A DNA stretch of 64,000 nucleotides. Origin: Guillardia theta CCMP2712 (taxonomy: Eukaryota > Protista > Cryptophyta). Below, piece after piece: positions 62,902-64,000 of the stretch. A model generated the notes under the pieces. It saw only the letters and a program-made list of their open reading frames with translations. It was not told where the DNA came from and did no database searches. Location: contig NW_005434671.1 of NCBI RefSeq assembly GCF_000315625.1, positions 310,001-374,000 on the forward strand, written 5' to 3'. The stretch's first letter is position 1; every line of letters begins with the position of its first letter. The position numbers and the translations under genes are program-made.

Positions 62902-64000
62902 GCCCCTCCCTACTCCTCCCCCGGCCCCTTGCCCCCAGCCCCTTGCCTCTCCCCCCCCCTTCCGGCCCCACTTTCTCCATATCCCATCGTCCCTCCTTCC
63001 CTTCCTTCCTCCCTCGCTCCCTTCCTCCTTGAGTACTGAGCAGCAATGGATGTAGATTATATACATTCACGAAACGTCATCGAATGCCAGGAGGGCGAAG
63101 CTATGGAGCCAGTGTGACCTGCCAAGCTCGCCAGTCAACACAAGTAGGAGAGCAAGTGCTACTGTCTGCTTTCCTCCCATCCCTCCCCTCCCCCTCCTCC
63201 TCCCCATCCTTCCCTCCATTTCGTCCAACCCGCCTGCTCTGTCCTCACCCCACGTAGCTCGGCGACAACCACTCCGCCAGCTGCACGTGCTCATCTGCTG
63301 ACTCGCGCATCCGCGCGATGACTGGAGGAGCATATCAGATCTCCGAGTCAAGACGTCAAGCTCGACCTTGCGCCTCCACCGTCTTTGCTCCCTCGCACGA
63401 CTTGGCGATGCCTCGAAGGTTCCAGGCCTGCCATGCTCGGGTTTCAGACGGTAGGAGAAGCTTCGTCTCGATTGCCTTGCTCAGCAACAGGCCGTCGAGG
63501 TGGCACAATCTTGCATCCTCTCTGTGATTCGCGTTAGAGGCGAATGGAAGGGAAGTGGAAGAAGAGGGAGATAGCGAGGCAGGGGCGGGAGGTCAGAAAA
63601 ATTCAAGACGGAGGAGCAGAGGAGCGATGAAGAATAAGAGGTTCGAGGCTGATGAGCCAGAGGGAGGTGAAGGAGGGGGAAACGATCGCGAGTGCAGATG
63701 GAAGGAGAACCAGGGAGCTCAGAGGGAGAGGTCAAAGGGTGAGTCCAGAGTGGGTGAAGCTTTTCAGAAGCGTCGCACCGATCAGCAACAACTGGGGGTC
63801 GAAGGATGCTGCAATCGCTGCTCGAGTCCATGAGAGAAGGGAGAAATTTTCTGCATGGGCCTTTGAGATCATGTTTTCAATGCACACGATCTCCATCACC
63901 AAATTGGTTATCGTAATCATCAGCATATTTGACATCATCATCATCATCATCATCACCACCACCACCTCCTCCTCCTCCTCCTCCAATATATACACCATCT

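Noticed and set aside
62245-62970. Near-duplicate C-rich segment at ~62250-62325 and 62902-62970
   Set aside because: The copies differ mainly in homopolymer length and one abuts a gap, so this is probably an assembly or sequencing artefact.
63067-64000. Probable 3' exons of a minus-strand gene entering from the right edge
   Set aside because: The frame and product could not be established from the fragment.

Overview
Gene-dense eukaryotic nuclear DNA with many short (~50 nt) GT-AG introns and microsatellite-expanded introns. The style resembles a cryptophyte such as Guillardia theta (inference only). In order, the genes I can support are: a SPRY-ankyrin protein, a membrane collagen-like protein, the DP transcription factor, a head-to-head pair of FAD oxidoreductases, and a large spliced GT92 + methyltransferase-like + SGNH + discoidin-like glycan-modifying gene. 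Next come GPATCH1, an EF-hand/OB/CCCH protein, a giant CUB/Cys-rich multipass membrane protein, an EHD-like pseudo-NTPase split by large insertions, and PRPF6. The last third holds an intact two-exon P-element-like DDE transposase with no visible TIRs, followed by 2.4 kb of repeat-, hairpin- and GTAC-rich non-coding DNA, then an atypical PPP phosphatase and an RNI-type LRR protein. There are two 100-N assembly gaps. No rRNA, tRNA or CRISPR array was seen. Gene spans include introns and were spliced by eye, so several termini are approximate. All family calls come from motif recognition, not database searches.
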